Shown one piece after another: positions 36,428 through 45,660 of a DNA stretch of 64,000 nt. The position numbers and the translations under genes were made by a program. A model generated the notes under the pieces. That model had not been told where the DNA came from and made no database searches. It saw only the letters and a list, made by a program, of their open reading frames with translations. This DNA comes from Bacteroidales bacterium (GTDB lineage Bacteria; Bacteroidota; Bacteroidia; Bacteroidales; UBA932), in NCBI GenBank assembly GCA_017412645.1, contig JAFPWX010000023.1:3770-67769 (forward strand), written 5' to 3'. Position 1 is the stretch's first letter. Each line of letters begins with the position of its first letter.

Positions 36428-39022
36428 TCAAACTTTTTCCAGATTATCTTCCCTCATCCAGCCCTGTCGGCCATCGGCCAATTCTATATTCACCCAGCCT
36501 GCTACAGAGTCGGTGACCCGCACTTTCGTGCCTTCGTGAAGGATGAAAAGATCCTTTCCGTCGCCTGCACCGGGAGTGCTCTTCACCGCCACAACCGGAC
36601 TCATAACTATCGCCTTATCAGCGTTCTGATACTCACTACGCTGCCATGAAGAGAAGCCCAAAGAAGCCAGGGAAAGTAGCAGAAGCGCGATTCCAACGAA
36701 GAATCCGGTCTTCCTCGCGGCAGAACTCCGACCGAGCAGGAAGAGCAGCCCCAGCGCCAGCGCTCCTGCCAGCAGCACCAGGAACAGCACTGCCCAGGCA
36801 TCGGAAGAAAGCTTCCAGCCAAGGGCCCGCATCCAGCTCACCAGGAAAAACTCCGGAACCGATTCAATTCTATCCTGAACACGGTTGTTGGCAAGTGTCA
36901 GATTGTAACGGGCATCTGCATACGACGGGTCCATCTTGAGAGCACGCTCATAGCAGAGTATAGCGCGGGCGTAATCTTCAATCTTGAAATATGCGTCTCC
37001 CTCGTTCGTGTAGAGTTCGGGCGATGCCAACCCGGCCTGTTCAAGGGCGGCCCACGCCTTCACGGCTCCCTGATAATCAGCGGCCGTGTAAGCCTCCACG
37101 CCGGCTGTCCAGAGGGAATCCGCATAGTTCTCGGAAGCATGCATTCCAATGGGTAGGAGCAGTAAAGCCAGTGCTGCCAAACCTACCTTCGGCAAAGTTT
37201 TCCGGCCGATAGCGGAATCGATGCCGGAGATGACCGAAACGGCCTTTTCGTACTGGGCCGACATGGCTTCGTGGCCTGCGGCCGGGGCATAACGGGCATA
37301 CTCGCACTGCTCCAGCAGGCCGCAGAAGTCTTCCGCCAGCTCCTCCGGCACCCCTGCCGTCTGCAGACGCTGAAGGATGTTCTCCCGACTCATGTCGGAC
37401 GAATCCATGGCAAGTTTGTCGGCTGCAAAGCCCAAAAGCGCACGGTGAAGCTCTTCGTAGAAGGCGGTGTCGAGGTTCTTTTTCAGGAAGTCGCCGGCCG
37501 TAGCCAGACGTTTACGGGCCATGCGTGCGGCACCGCGGTTACGGGTCCGCACCACGTCGGCCCGGAGTTCCGCCCTCTTGCGAAGGCCGAAGTAGAGAGC
37601 TGTAGCCAGCAGAAGAAGCGCCCCCGTGATACCCCAGAACAGGGGTGACCACACCAGGAATGTGCCGGGAGATGCGAACGCCGGAACCCTTGTGGCAATG
37701 AAGCGGATGTCGCTTCCGAGGTCCTTCACATCTTTCTTTTCCGGAAGCTGAAGGCTGCCTCCCTGGGGCGCTGCCGTCTCGACCGTGGAACTTTTGGTCA
37801 CCTCAAGGGGCATCTCGGCGCTGCGGAGGGTCACATAGCGCCCCTGGGCGATGTCGTAATAACTGTATTCCACAGGTCCGATGGTGAAACTGCCGTGGCT
37901 GCGCGGGATGAACGGGAACTCAAAGGTCTTCACACCGCCCTTTTCGGTGGTCTTTACATCATACACCTCGAAATCTGGCGGGAAAACTATCTTGGGAGCT
38001 TCCAGAAGGGCGATATTGCCGCTTCCGGAAATGCTTACCAGAAGAGACGCGGCGTCGTGAGTCTTGAGGCTGTCGCGCGAGAGCGAAGCCTTCATGCTAA
38101 ACTTGCCTACTCCACCTCCGAATGAAGCCGGAGCTCCAGCGGGAAGGGCGTTTACCTTTATTGCGCGAGCCGGAGTGCTCACACGCTTGCGTATGGTGCG
38201 GTACTCGTCCTGGAAGAAGGAATCGAAGATGCTGCCGCTTCGGGAAGCGGTGTTGCGAACATTCACGAGGCACACCAGCTCGGCCGGATCGATGGCAACT
38301 TCACCGGCCTTCTGCGGAATGAGCGTCCAACTGCGGAGCAGGGCGGCGTCGTATATCTGTCCGCCTACGTTTTCCCTTTGAAACTGAATATTCTGTGGCG
38401 CCTGAATCTGCTGACTCCAGAAGCCGTCGAACGTCGGAAAACGGGCATCCTCAAAACCCGCCACCTGCACTCTGGTGTAGAGCTTCAGCGTAGCCGTGAT
38501 GCCTTCGCCCACAACAGCGGAGTTCTTGGAGAGAGTGAGACGCATGAAGATGTCATCGCCGGAGACTTCCTGAACGCCGCCGGAAGAACTGCTGCCGGAA
38601 GACGTCTGCCCCCCTGAGGGGCTCCCCTGCTGACCTCCGCCCACGACCTGGATGCTGCGGGTGCCGGAGCTCACTTTTTTGCCCTTGATGGTAGCGGTGG
38701 CGGCACCCAGAGTGTAGGTGCCGGTGCTACGCGGCATGAGCACGTAGGTGTACGTGGTGGTGGACTGACGGGTAGTCTTGCCGTTTACGATGCTGATAGA
38801 CGAAGAACTCCCCTTCTGCGGCCCCCAGACGAGCTTGAAATCGTCGCCCGGACTCCATTCGAAGTCGGAAGGAGCCTTATCGCCGTCTATCTTGAAGGTG
38901 ACGTTAAACTGTTCATCCGCGGCCACCAGGTTCGGGGCCGTCATTTCTATGGCAGACTGGGCAGCGGCGGGAAGCGCCAGTGCCAGCAAAGTCAATATGC
39001 CGAGTAACCTTCTCATTACCAA
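36428..39022 (-). CDS. batD: BatD-BatE fusion protein
   Basis: N-terminal ~600 aa BatD-like (GPQKGSSSS, PTFDGFWS, GGVGKF, ARYAP), joined in frame to BatE-like TPR, two TMs and SH3 (LHEGTKV...ELADGRQGW). Confidence 0.85.
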   Translation of the reverse strand: MVMRRLLGILTLLALALPAAAQSAIEMTAPNLVAADEQFNVTFKIDGDKAPSDFEWSPGDDFKLVWGPQKGSSSSISIVNGKTTRQSTTTYTYVLMPRSTGTYTLGAATATIKGKKVSSGTRSIQVVGGGQQGSPSGGQTSSGSSSSGGVQEVSGDDIFMRLTLSKNSAVVGEGITATLKLYTRVQVAGFEDARFPTFDGFWSQQIQAPQNIQFQRENVGGQIYDAALLRSWTLIPQKAGEVAIDPAELVCLVNVRNTASRSGSIFDSFFQDEYRTIRKRVSTPARAIKVNALPAGAPASFGGGVGKFSMKASLSRDSLKTHDAASLLVSISGSGNIALLEAPKIVFPPDFEVYDVKTTEKGGVKTFEFPFIPRSHGSFTIGPVEYSYYDIAQGRYVTLRSAEMPLEVTKSSTVETAAPQGGSLQLPEKKDVKDLGSDIRFIATRVPAFASPGTFLVWSPLFWGITGALLLLATALYFGLRKRAELRADVVRTRNRGAARMARKRLATAGDFLKKNLDTAFYEELHRALLGFAADKLAMDSSDMSRENILQRLQTAGVPEELAEDFCGLLEQCEYARYAPAAGHEAMSAQYEKAVSVISGIDSAIGRKTLPKVGLAALALLLLPIGMHASENYADSLWTAGVEAYTAADYQGAVKAWAALEQAGLASPELYTNEGDAYFKIEDYARAILCYERALKMDPSYADARYNLTLANNRVQDRIESVPEFFLVSWMRALGWKLSSDAWAVLFLVLLAGALALGLLFLLGRSSAARKTGFFVGIALLLLSLASLGFSSWQRSEYQNADKAIVMSPVVAVKSTPGAGDGKDLFILHEGTKVRVTDSVAGWVNIELADGRQGWMREDNLEKV

Positions 39023-39717
39023 TTCTTTTCTTTCTGACTGCTCTGGAGCAGGGCGGCCTTTTCCTTCTTCACCTTGTCCTGAGTCTCCTTTTCCTGGGCC
39101 TGCACGGCCTTAAGCATCTGCCGGGCCTGCTGCTGCGAAATCTGCTGAGGCTGGGGTTGATCCTGATTCTGCTGCTGGTCAGGCTGATTCTGTTGATCAG
39201 GCTGCTGTTGCTGGTCCTGCTGGTCCTGATTCTGGTCTTGATCCTGCTGATCCTGATTCTGCTGACCGTCGCCGCCACCGCCGCCACACTGCTGGTTCTT
39301 CAGCATCTCCTTGGCGTAAATGTAGTTCTCCTTGGCGTCCATATCGCCAGGATTCTCCAGCAGACACTGCCTGAAGGCCTTAACGGCAGCGGAGTAGTCC
39401 TTTCGCTGCAGGGCCACGTCGCCCTCGTTGTAGTAGTAGGATGCGGCATGGGGAGTTCCTGCCACTTCCTGATCGGCCCGACCGAGCGCCTGGGCGGCTT
39501 CGTCGTAATTCCCCTGACGATAGAGAGCCGAGGCCAGATTGTATTCGCCAGCAATCGAAAGCGAGTCCTTGAGCACCGCTTTGCGATAGTCGAGTTCGGC
39601 CTCCGGGAAAGAGCCTTTCCGGAACTTGCGGTTACCCGAACGAACCTCCCTGCGATCCACTTGTGCGGAAAGGGGCAATGCAATGAATATCAATAGTATG
39701 CAAATCCAGCGTCTCAT
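39016..39717 (-). CDS. batC: BatC TPR protein
   Basis: TPRs (YNLASALY, YYNEGD), Q/D-rich linker, EQ-type tail ending EKNW. Confidence 0.88.
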   Translation of the reverse strand: MRRWICILLIFIALPLSAQVDRREVRSGNRKFRKGSFPEAELDYRKAVLKDSLSIAGEYNLASALYRQGNYDEAAQALGRADQEVAGTPHAASYYYNEGDVALQRKDYSAAVKAFRQCLLENPGDMDAKENYIYAKEMLKNQQCGGGGGDGQQNQDQQDQDQNQDQQDQQQQPDQQNQPDQQQNQDQPQPQQISQQQARQMLKAVQAQEKETQDKVKKEKAALLQSSQKEKNW

Positions 39718-40715
39718 TCGAAAAACCTCCTGTTTGCGCGCCTGTCGCCGATTAGAAAAGCCACTGCCAGGAGCACCAGCGCAGCCGCCACAAAGTACAT
39801 GTACTGCTCGTCGTATTCCTCGAAGACGACACTCTTGAAATGCTCCGCTTCCAGGCGGCGCAGGTCGTCGATTATGGGATTAAGGCCGAATTCCTCGTTG
39901 CCCGCCCGCACATAGGCTCCGCCACCGGCCTGAGCCATCTTGCGAAGCACTCCCTCGTCGAGCTTGGTTACCACTATATTGCCGTCTTTGTCTTTCAGGA
40001 GCTCACCGTTCAGACGAATTGGCTGGCCTTCGGGGGAACCGACGCCGATAGTGTATAGCTTTATTCCGGATTCCGCCGCCTGTTTTGCCGCAGCCACGGC
40101 ATCGTCTTCATGATTCTCACCGTCGGTGATAACTATGATGGCCCGGCTCTTCTCGCTCTGGCTGCTGAAACTCTTGACCGCCGTGAGAACCGCGTCACCT
40201 ATGGCAGTCCCCTGCACCGGAACGCTGTCGGGGCCTATGCTCCCGAGGAACATTTTGGCGGACACGTAGTCGGTGGTGATGGGCAGCTGAACGAAGGGTT
40301 TGCCGGCGAAAATGATGAGGCCGATGCGGTCGTCGCGAAGACGGTCCACAAGGCGGCTAATGGCCAGTTTCGCCCGTTCCAGACGATTCGGGGAGTAGTC
40401 TTCCGCGAGCATGGAATTGGATACGTCGAGGCATATCATTATCTCCGCTCCGCGGGTCTCGCGTTCGGCGAGCTTCGCACCTATCTGAGGGCGGGCCAGG
40501 GCGATGGCAAGAAGTCCAAGCGCCAGGTCCACGAGAATCAGCCTTATCCAGCCCTTCGCGCGGGAATAATGAGGCATGAGCCTGGCCGCAGCGGCAGCAT
40601 CTCCCAGTTTTTCCAAACGCCTGCGCCGCATGCCCAAGGAAATAGCGTAGAGCAGCGGAAGAAGCGGAACCAGAAGCAGTAGCCAGAGGTATTTTATCGC
40701 AGCGAAATACAGCAT
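39714..40715 (-). CDS. batB: BatB VWA-domain protein
   Basis: MIDAS DVSNSM, ITDGENHE. Confidence 0.9.
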   Translation of the reverse strand: MLYFAAIKYLWLLLLVPLLPLLYAISLGMRRRRLEKLGDAAAAARLMPHYSRAKGWIRLILVDLALGLLAIALARPQIGAKLAERETRGAEIMICLDVSNSMLAEDYSPNRLERAKLAISRLVDRLRDDRIGLIIFAGKPFVQLPITTDYVSAKMFLGSIGPDSVPVQGTAIGDAVLTAVKSFSSQSEKSRAIIVITDGENHEDDAVAAAKQAAESGIKLYTIGVGSPEGQPIRLNGELLKDKDGNIVVTKLDEGVLRKMAQAGGGAYVRAGNEEFGLNPIIDDLRRLEAEHFKSVVFEEYDEQYMYFVAAALVLLAVAFLIGDRRANRRFFE

Positions 40716-41698
40716 TACGGCAGCCTCCTAACGAATAATTTCAGAATCAGCAGGAGCAGCAGGCAGCCCAGCGCGGCAAGTACGTATGGGGCATAGAGCT
40801 CTTTGTACACGGGGAAACTGTCCACCGTAGTGCGGACCTTCTCCATGCGGCCAATCTCTGAATAGATTTCACTGAGTTTGGTGTTGTCGGTTGCACGGAA
40901 ATACCTGCCTCCGGTTGCCTCGGCAACACGCTTGAGCAGGTCTTCGTCTATTTCCACCGGCATCTTGCGCACCTCGACTCCCCATGGAGTCATCACCGGA
41001 TAGGGGGCTTCGCCGTTCGCGCCCACGCCTATCGTATATACGCGTACATTATAGGTTTTAGCTATCTCCGCAGCCGTTTCCGGGGCGATTTCGCCGCGGT
41101 TGTTCACACCGTCGGTAAGCAGTATGATCACCCGACTGGGGGCATCGGAATCCATCATTCGAGCCACTGCGGTTGCAAGTCCGTTGCCTATGGCAGTACC
41201 GTCTTCAATCAGATCCGTCTGCACCTCCTTCATGAGGTTGATAAGCGTGGCCCTGTCGGTAGTGAGCGGGCACTGAGTATAGCTTTCTCCCGCAAACACC
41301 ACTATTCCCATTCGGTCCGAAGGCCTCTGGGAGATGAATTCGATGGCTATGTCCTTGGCTGCGCTGATGCGGTCGGGAGTGAAGTCCCGGGCCAGCATGG
41401 AGGTGGAGACGTCCATCGCGAAGATGATGTCGATGCCTTCGGAATCCACCTTTTCCACCTGGGACGACGAGCGCGGCCTTGCCAGCGCCACCGTGAGCAG
41501 CACCATGGCGGCCGTGAAGAGGACCATGGGCAGATGGCTGAGGACCTGCAGGAGGACGGATCCCTTCTGCAGCCAGGGAGCTGATGCACTCACCCGCATG
41601 TGCGGGGAGCGGCCCTTCAGACAGCGCCACACATAGAGCCCCAGCAGCACTGCCGGAACAGCCAGAAGCCAGAGAAGACGTGGATACTCGAAGAACAT
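40715..41698 (-). CDS. batA: BatA VWA-domain protein
   Basis: DVSTSMLARDF, GTAIGNGLATAV, LLTDGVNN, GGRYFRATDN. Confidence 0.9.
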   Translation of the reverse strand: MFFEYPRLLWLLAVPAVLLGLYVWRCLKGRSPHMRVSASAPWLQKGSVLLQVLSHLPMVLFTAAMVLLTVALARPRSSSQVEKVDSEGIDIIFAMDVSTSMLARDFTPDRISAAKDIAIEFISQRPSDRMGIVVFAGESYTQCPLTTDRATLINLMKEVQTDLIEDGTAIGNGLATAVARMMDSDAPSRVIILLTDGVNNRGEIAPETAAEIAKTYNVRVYTIGVGANGEAPYPVMTPWGVEVRKMPVEIDEDLLKRVAEATGGRYFRATDNTKLSEIYSEIGRMEKVRTTVDSFPVYKELYAPYVLAALGCLLLLLILKLFVRRLP

Positions 41699-41701
41699 GA
41701 C

Positions 41702-42649
41702 CTACTTTTCCGGAGCCTCCTCCCCCTCCAACTGTTTCTGATACGTTTCAGTGACGAACTTCACCGCCGTGGGCAGCACGCCTGCGTTCTCCTCGGGCGG
41801 CACCGTCATCTTCGCAAACTTCACAAAGTCGGCCGTTTCGAAGAGTCCTTTCAGACGCTCGAACATCTCCGGAGTGATGTCTTCGCGGCCCTTCAGGGCG
41901 GCAAAGAGCTCGGCGGAGGTCATTTCCGGGGCGTCCACCCCGAATTCGGCGTCCATGTATTCCTTGAGGGTATCGGTAACGCCGGAATAGAAGGTCTTCT
42001 GTTTGTCTGGCGCCCAGTATTTATCGCCGCGCCAGCGGTCCAGGCCGCGCAAGGCAACCACATATGGCGGATCCTTGGATTTCTCGTCCTGACTGCGCCC
42101 CGAGTAGCGCCTTATGAGGTAGATCGCCAGCAGTATCAGAGCTACCAGGCCAATCGCCCCGAGCACCCAGGGCAGCACTTCTGCAAAGGTTACCGGGTAG
42201 GTAATCTGGCCCTTGATATCGTGCGGAGTATAAGTGGCGGTGTCGATCTGGATGGTCGTGACCTTCATGGTGAGAGGCTCGAACACCAGGGTGTCGGGCT
42301 CGGTGCCGGGAGCGCCGCGAAGCGCGTAAATCGGCGGAAGCAGATACTCTCCCTCTTCGAAAGGAGCCAGCACCACCGAGGCTCGGATGTCTCTTTTGCG
42401 GGCCTTTTTATCATAGCGCAAAGTATCTGTCTTCCAATTCCTTACAAGAGCAAGAGTATCGTTGGACAGTTTGCTCCAGTCGGGCAGGGCAAGCGCGATT
42501 CCGTCTTCCACTCCTTCGAGGGTGAAACCGTATTCGAGCTGATCGGCTATAAGTATGGAATCCCGCTTCTGAAGCTGCTCCAGAAAAGCCTTTCCGGCCG
42601 GAACAGGATCCAGCAGGACGGACAGAATTATGAGAAGGATTCCTTTCAT
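41702..42649 (-). CDS. Bat-operon hypothetical membrane protein
   Basis: Signal peptide, one TM, ADFVKFAK C-terminal motif; lies between DUF58 and batA. Confidence 0.75.
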   Translation of the reverse strand: MKGILLIILSVLLDPVPAGKAFLEQLQKRDSILIADQLEYGFTLEGVEDGIALALPDWSKLSNDTLALVRNWKTDTLRYDKKARKRDIRASVVLAPFEEGEYLLPPIYALRGAPGTEPDTLVFEPLTMKVTTIQIDTATYTPHDIKGQITYPVTFAEVLPWVLGAIGLVALILLAIYLIRRYSGRSQDEKSKDPPYVVALRGLDRWRGDKYWAPDKQKTFYSGVTDTLKEYMDAEFGVDAPEMTSAELFAALKGREDITPEMFERLKGLFETADFVKFAKMTVPPEENAGVLPTAVKFVTETYQKQLEGEEAPEK

Positions 42650-43545
42650 CTTCTTGCAAACAGGGCCATCAGCCCCTTTACGTAATCGTCGTCCGTGGAG
42701 ATATCCACGCTGTCTATCTTGTACAGGTTGAAGAGGTGGCGCTCACGCTCATGCAGTGCCTGCATCCAGCGGGCATGAGCGGCGCGAGTGGCAGGGTTGG
42801 AAGTGTCCACCCAGGCGGCCCGGCCAGTTTCGCTGTCCTTGATGTGCACAAGGCCCAGGTTCGGCAGCACGTAGTCGACCGGATCGTGTACCTTGATGAC
42901 CGAGAGATCGTGCCTGCCGGCCGCCACCTTGAGGGCGTCTTCGTAACGGGGGTTGCCGTCGGCCGAAGCGTCCAGCAAGTCGCTGAGCAGGAAGACGTTG
43001 CACTTTTTCTTGATGGCTCCGGTGAGGAACTGCAGGGCGGCTCCGATGTCGGTCCCGTTGCCCTGCGGATCCAGCTCCAGCATCTCCCTTATGATGTGCA
43101 GCAGATGGGTGCGACCCTTTGCCGGCGGGATGAACTTCTCCACCCTGTCGCTGAAGAAGAGGGCACCCACCTTGTCGTTGTTCAGGATGGCGCTGAAGGA
43201 GAGCACCGCCGCTATCTCCGTAAGCAGTTCCCTTTTGTTCTGTTCCCTGGTGCCGAAGAGGCCGCTGCGGGAAACGTCCACCAGCAGCACGACGGTGAGC
43301 TCGCGCTCTTCCTCGAACACCTTTACATACGGCGCGCGCAGGCGTGCGGTGACGTTCCAGTCCATATTGCGCACGTCGTCGCCGTACTGGTACTCGCGTA
43401 CTTCGCTGAATGCCATGCCGCGACCCTTGAAGGCGGAGTGATACTCGCCGGCAAAGATCTGGTGAGACAGGGCCTTGGTGCGGATTTCTATCTTCCGAAC
43501 CTTGCCAAGAAGCTCCTCTGTGGTCATTCTGCGAGCGGCTGCCAT
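42646..43545 (-). CDS. DUF58 domain protein
   Basis: FSEVREYQYGDDVRNMDWNVTAR, EEERELT. Confidence 0.92.
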   Translation of the reverse strand: MAAARRMTTEELLGKVRKIEIRTKALSHQIFAGEYHSAFKGRGMAFSEVREYQYGDDVRNMDWNVTARLRAPYVKVFEEERELTVVLLVDVSRSGLFGTREQNKRELLTEIAAVLSFSAILNNDKVGALFFSDRVEKFIPPAKGRTHLLHIIREMLELDPQGNGTDIGAALQFLTGAIKKKCNVFLLSDLLDASADGNPRYEDALKVAAGRHDLSVIKVHDPVDYVLPNLGLVHIKDSETGRAAWVDTSNPATRAAHARWMQALHERERHLFNLYKIDSVDISTDDDYVKGLMALFARR

Positions 43546-44541
43546 TTACGGAACGATAACAGCGTTGATTACCTTTTCGATGATCTGGTCGGAAGTGACG
43601 TTTTCCGCCTCCGCCTCGTAGGTGAGGCCGATACGGTGACGCAGCACCTCCGGGCACACGGCGCGCACGTCTTCGGGAATCACGTAGCCGCGGCGCTTGA
43701 TGAAGGCGTAGGCCCTTGCTGCGGCGGCCAGGGAGATGCTGGCACGGGGCGAGGCTCCGAAGCCGATGAGGCCTTCGAGCTCCTTCAGGCCGTAATCCGC
43801 CGGGGTGCGGGTTGCGTAGACTATGTCCACGATGTAGCGCTCTATCTTCTCGTCCATATAGACTTCGCGCACGACCTCGCGGGCGCGGACGATGTCCTGT
43901 GGAGTGACTATCTTGTTTGGCTTGGGGAACTCACCCGTGGTGTTCATGCGGAGGATCTGCTTTTCCTCTTCCTTTTTGGGGTATCCCACCAGCACCTTGA
44001 GCATGAAACGGTCCACCTGGGCCTCGGGGAGAGGATAGGTGCCTTCCTGCTCGATTGGGTTCTGTGTTGCCATCACGAGGAATGGCTCCGGAAGCGGGTA
44101 GGTGTCGTCGCCAAGGGTGACCTGACGCTCCTGCATGGCTTCGAGCAGGGCGCTCTGCACCTTGGCCGGGGCGCGGTTGATTTCATCCGCCAGCACGAAA
44201 TTGGCGAAGACCGGGCCCTTGTGCACCTCGAAGGCCTCTTTTTTCTGGGAATAGATGAGGGTGCCGGTCACATCGGCTGGAAGCAGGTCCGGGGTGAACT
44301 GGATGCGGCTGAACTTAGCGTCGATAGCCTTTGCCAATGTGCTGATTGCCAGAGTTTTGGCCAGGCCCGGCACACCTTCCAGAAGAATGTGGCCGTTTGC
44401 CAGAAGGGCGATCATGAGGTTCTCCACCAGATGTTTCTGGCCGACGATGACCTTGCCCATTTCAATGCCAAGAAGATCCACGAAACCGCTTTCCGCCTGG
44501 ATGCGTTCGTTGAGTTCCTTGATGTTTACGTTTTGGTCCAT
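43546..44541 (-). CDS. moxR: MoxR-family AAA+ ATPase
   Basis: LEGVPGLAKT, RIQFTPDLLPAD, DEINRAPAKVQSALLEAM, ATQNPIE. Confidence 0.93.
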   Translation of the reverse strand: MDQNVNIKELNERIQAESGFVDLLGIEMGKVIVGQKHLVENLMIALLANGHILLEGVPGLAKTLAISTLAKAIDAKFSRIQFTPDLLPADVTGTLIYSQKKEAFEVHKGPVFANFVLADEINRAPAKVQSALLEAMQERQVTLGDDTYPLPEPFLVMATQNPIEQEGTYPLPEAQVDRFMLKVLVGYPKKEEEKQILRMNTTGEFPKPNKIVTPQDIVRAREVVREVYMDEKIERYIVDIVYATRTPADYGLKELEGLIGFGASPRASISLAAAARAYAFIKRRGYVIPEDVRAVCPEVLRHRIGLTYEAEAENVTSDQIIEKVINAVIVP

Positions 44542-44564
44542 ATTTTTGTTAAATTTGCATTCGT

Positions 44565-45518
44565 ATGCGCTACAAAATCACTCTTTCATACGACGGAGCC
44601 CCCTTCTGCGGCTGGCAGAGGCAGCCCGACGCGCCGAGCGTTCAGGAAGCTCTCGAAACCGCGCTGCAAACCCTTCTGGGAGAGCCTGTTCCGGTTACCG
44701 GCGCAGGCCGCACCGACACCGGTGTCAGTGCCGTGGATTATGTGGCGCATTTCGACGCTCGGCAGGAGCTCGACGCAGGTCATCTTGCCTGCAAATTAAA
44801 TGCCATCCTGCCCGTCTCGATAGCCGTTTCCAAGCTTGAGCCGGCCGCGCCGGACTTCCATGCCCGCTTCGACGCCCGCAAACGCACATACACTTACTTT
44901 CTGCACCGCTGCAAAGACCCGTTCCTGGCCACCCGTTCGTATTTTTACGGCTACCCGGAAGTGGATTTCGAAGCCATGAACAAGGCGGCCGCGATGCTTG
45001 TCGGCACCCACGATTTTTCCTGCTTCCAGAAGGTCGGATCGGACAACAAAACCACCACCTGCACCGTCTTCGAAGCTGGCTGGCAGCCTTACGCTCCGGC
45101 CGGAGGGACCCTTGCCTCCGACCCGGTTCGCGGATCCACCGCTCATCCCTCCCAGCCTGGCGGCGGGGCCCCTCGAAGCGAAGGAAACCGGGGTCCCCGA
45201 AAATCTGCTGATTTTTGGGGTGCTCACGAGGGTGGCACGCCTCTCGGAGGCAAGGTCCCTCCGGCCTCGCCGCAATATTGGTTCTTCCGGATTTCGGCCG
45301 ACCGCTTCCTGCGGAACATGGTTCGGGCCATAGTGGGAACGCTGTTGGAGGTAGGTCGCGGCCGCCGCAGCCTCGAGGAGTTCGCCGCGCTCATCCTCCC
45401 GCCGGCTCCTAATGCCTCCGGTGCCGGAATCGCCCCGAAAAACTCGCCGTCGCGCCGTTGTCTTGCAGGCGAGTCCGCCCCCGGCCACGCCCTCTTCCTC
45501 ACCGCCATAGAGTACTGA
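44565..45518 (+). CDS. truA: tRNA pseudouridine(38-40) synthase carrying a ~56-aa in-frame insertion
   Basis: YDGAPFCGWQ, GAGRTDTGV (catalytic Asp), FHARF, HDFSCF, ADRFLRNMVRAIVGTL, APGHALFL. Confidence 0.92.
   Translation: MRYKITLSYDGAPFCGWQRQPDAPSVQEALETALQTLLGEPVPVTGAGRTDTGVSAVDYVAHFDARQELDAGHLACKLNAILPVSIAVSKLEPAAPDFHARFDARKRTYTYFLHRCKDPFLATRSYFYGYPEVDFEAMNKAAAMLVGTHDFSCFQKVGSDNKTTTCTVFEAGWQPYAPAGGTLASDPVRGSTAHPSQPGGGAPRSEGNRGPRKSADFWGAHEGGTPLGGKVPPASPQYWFFRISADRFLRNMVRAIVGTLLEVGRGRRSLEEFAALILPPAPNASGAGIAPKNSPSRRCLAGESAPGHALFLTAIEY
45098..45266 (+). mobile_element. Palindromic MITE/RPE-like element inserted in frame in truA
   Basis: Arms GGCCGGAGGGACCCTTGCCTCCGA (45098-45121) and TCGGAGGCAAGGTCCCTCCGGCC (45244-45266) pair perfectly apart from one bulged base; inner hairpin CCCCGAAAATC-TGCT-GATTTTTGGGG (45195-45220). 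Confidence 0.8.
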
Positions 45519-45545
45519 CCTGTCGGCCTGTAGCCGGACAGGTGC
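45517..45545. repeat. 29-bp REP-like palindrome, copy 1
   Basis: GACCTGTCGGCCTGTAGCCGGACAGGTGC, identical to 62506-62534. Confidence 0.85.
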
Positions 45546-45565
45546 TAAAGGCCAGGGCATTTTAC

Positions 45566-45596
45566 CGCATTTCTATTGCAGGAATGCGGATTTTTG
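45566..45596 (+). terminator. Probable terminator downstream of truA
   Basis: CCGCATT...AATGCGG stem followed by ATTTTTG. Confidence 0.55.
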
Positions 45597-45660
45597 TTTA
45601 ATTTTGCAGGTTAATGGCCAAACGGCCAAAATTATGAAATAATTTTAAGTCTAAACCGAT

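Noticed and set aside
39170-39290. Q/D-rich repeat in BatC
   Set aside because: Normal feature of BatC proteins.
42736-44799. 687-aa ORF antisense to DUF58/moxR
   Set aside because: Shadow ORF; the sense genes are a canonical Bat operon.
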